From the NCBI GenBank assembly GCA_043228905.1, contig JBHGNT010000001.1:11470001-11534000 (forward strand): a DNA stretch of 64,000 nt, read 5' to 3'. The notes below the pieces were generated by a model, which worked only from the letters and a program-made list of their open reading frames with translations, made no database searches and was not told the DNA's origin. Below are positions 61,587 to 64,000 of the stretch, piece by piece. This DNA is from Azolla caroliniana (lineage: Eukaryota; Plantae; Polypodiophyta). Numbering within the stretch: the stretch's first letter is position 1; each line of letters begins with the position of its first letter. The position numbers and the translations under genes are program-made.

Positions 61587-64000
61587 TGTTGGGATTTCGG
61601 TCCCTCCGGATGGGATGTCCGGATATGAATGACGGCAAGCCCGGTTGCGGTTACGGAACCAGATGATGAAGAGTACCCGGCATGAAGCCGGATGAAGAGC
61701 AACCGGTTACGGATCCGGATGTTGAAGACCCCGGCTACGGAGCCGGATGACGAATGTACCCGGAGAGAGATCCGGATGCGGGGACATATTTGCGAATATG
61801 TTTGCCAAGGGCCCTTGAGGCTATATTTGTAAATAGCCCGAAAGTCATATGTGTATAAATATGACTTAGGGCAAACAGTTGTTGTTGTTGCTCATTTTTC
61901 TGTTTTTCACTTAGAGGGAGAGAGTGAGAGCAGTCGAGAGAGAGAGAGAGAGAGAGAGAGACGAAGAGGTCGTTGCCTCTGTGTATTACCGCCGCCTGTG
62001 GCGAGGACAGCGAGCTCAAGGTCGTCGCCTTGCAGCTCGCCATTGTACATTCCCTACGCATAGTGATAGTTGGAGTTCGAGGACTCCCGTGGTTTTTCCC
62101 ATTTAGGGTTTTCCACGTAAAACATCCTGTGTACTCTTCTCTCTATTGTCTTCGTGCATTCTGTGTATTTCCTGTTTTCTGTGAGTTGATCCTATTCCTC
62201 GGTTGTGGCCGAGCGTAGTGTCTAACAAAGTGGTATCAGAGCGACGGTAACACAGAAAATGGAAGGCGGCGGTAGTGGGCCTCCGGGCATGATGGTGTTG
62301 AACTCATAGAACTATGCCGACTGGAAGATAAAGATGGAAGACCTTCTCATCGTCCGAGACCTGTACGAACCGATCGACAATGCCGAGATACCCAAGGGAG
62401 TAATAGAGTCGGAGTGGAAGCTCCTGAACCGGAAAGCCGTAGCGACGATCCGGCAATATGTCGATGTAAGTGTCCTGCAACATGTGGCGAACGATACGAA
62501 CGCCTATGAGATGTGGCAGAAGCTGTCCGGACTGTATGAGAGGAAGAATGCCCTGACCCGGACCTCCCTGATGAGGAAGATAGTGAATCTTAAGTACCGG
62601 GACGGCGAGAGCATGGTCGAACACGTCAGCACGTTCATGGGATTCGTGAACCAGCTTGTGGCGATCAAGTTCCCGTTGGATGACGCGATGCAAGCCATCA
62701 TGCTGATGTGTACCCTCCCGGAGAGCTGGGATAACTTGGTAGTTACACTCAGCACCTCCTGTAAGGAAGAGAACTTGTCTTTACTAACGGTAAAGACAAG
62801 TATTCTAAATGAAGAAGCGCGTCGGAGAGATAAAGAACCGGCCTCCGACTCGAAGGCGCTGCTTACCGAATCGGAACGGGGAAGACAACGGAACCGGAGT
62901 CCGCAAAGACGGGAGAAGTCGGGGACACGGTCGCAGTCGAGGGGGAGACCTACATGCTTCTACTGTGGGAAGCCGGGGCACTTCCAGAAGAACTGTCGGC
63001 ATTTCCGGAAAGACAACGGAACCGACGGTACCGATTCGAAGAAGTCATCGGAGCGAAACGGTGCATACCGGGGAGCCGCGGACCGGAGAGGTCCGGATCG
63101 GCGAGGGCAGGACCGGAAAGGAACGACGGCACTCGCGGCAAGTGAAGAAGAGATAATGCTCATTACCGAAGAGAGGGAGCTGAACCTTGCCGGTGAAGAG
63201 ATGACCTGGGTGGTCGATTCCGGAGCGTCGTTCCACCTGACCCCGGAGAAGAAATACTTCTCATCCTACACAGCCGGTGAGCACGGCTGTGTCCGGATGG
63301 GAAATGAAGGTACATGCCGGATTGCCGGCATAGGAGACGTGTGGCTGATGACATCAACCGGATGCAAGATGCTGCTGAAGGATGTTCGACACGTTCCGGA
63401 GGTTCGATTGAACCTGATTTCGGCCGGGAGGCTAGACGATGAAGGCTACACGGGTAGCATCCGGAACGGTGTCATGAAGTTCAGCAAAGGGAGCCTGATA
63501 GTGGCTCGGGCCCGGAAGGTCAACACACTGTACCTGATGAATTCCCGGCTATGTCCGGAGGAGCTGAACGTGGCAGCTGACACTACCGGTGAGCTGTGGC
63601 ACAAGAGACTGTGCCACATGAGCGAGAAGGGGATGAAGAGGCTTGCCGAAGACAACCTGATACCGGTAAAGCACGTACAACTGGGGAAGTGTACCGACTG
63701 TCTGGCCGGTAAGCAAAACCGGACCGCCTTCCGCTCAAGACCACCGACGAGACGTAGCGCACCATTGGAGTTGGTGCACACTGACGTGTGTCAAGTAGAA
63801 ACGAAGTCACATGGTGGAGCCCAGTACTTCGTGACATTCATTGATGACCACAGCCGGAAGCTGTGGACGGCACCGTTGAAGACAAAGGACCAAGTATTGT
63901 CCGTCTTCAAAGAACTCCACGTGAGAGTGGAAAGGGAATCCGGCAAGAAGCTGAAAGCGATACGAGCGGATAACGGAGGGGAATACCGGGGGCAGTTCGA
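61587..64000 (+). mobile_element. Ty1/Copia LTR retrotransposon (Tnt1/Tork-like), 5' part; 5' LTR 61587-62227
   Basis: 641-bp LTR TGTTGG...CTAACA, perfect PBS-Met TGGTATCAGAGC at 62231-62242, candidate TSD CCTTC. Continues past the window end. Confidence 0.95.
62259..64000 (+). CDS. Copia gag-pol polyprotein (gag, CCHC knuckle, protease, integrase), one premature TAG at codon 17, open to the window end
   Basis: NYADWKIKMEDLL, LPESW, CFYCGKPGHFQKNC, WVVDSGASFH, LWHKRLCH...CTDC, LELVHTD, FIDD, DNGGEY. Confidence 0.9.

Noticed and set aside
61106-61702. 198-aa ORF as an independent gene
   Set aside because: Its N-terminus is antisense Copia 2 LTR read into Copia 1 RT.

Overview
Eukaryotic nuclear DNA from a land plant. 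It is AT-rich, with GT-AG introns and many microsatellites; the transposon mix suggests a fern or other non-seed plant (inference only). Host genes: a single-exon glutaredoxin-domain gene (7259-8866, +), a class I HD-Zip transcription factor (20838-22807, +, 3 exons), an intron-containing tRNA-Tyr(GUA) (23645-23728), MAF1 (44864-48086, +, 10 coding exons) and a convergent serine carboxypeptidase-like gene (52776-49377, -). Most other sequence is transposon-derived: several LINEs, most sharing a conserved 3' stem-loop; a chromoviral Ty3/Gypsy element lacking gag and protease, plus a solo LTR of the same family; a second, unrelated solo LTR; hAT-type MITEs; inverted-repeat elements; and a nested LINE/LINE/Copia/Copia stack at the right end. 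The most interesting unexplained structures are a ~60-bp-stem hairpin resembling a pre-miRNA (40238-40364), the covarying LINE tail hairpin, and an inverted-repeat-bounded segment carrying an orphan ORF frameshifted at a (CA)n tract (24124-25945). No CRISPR or prokaryotic features. Exon structures and alignments were worked out by eye; no database searches were run.
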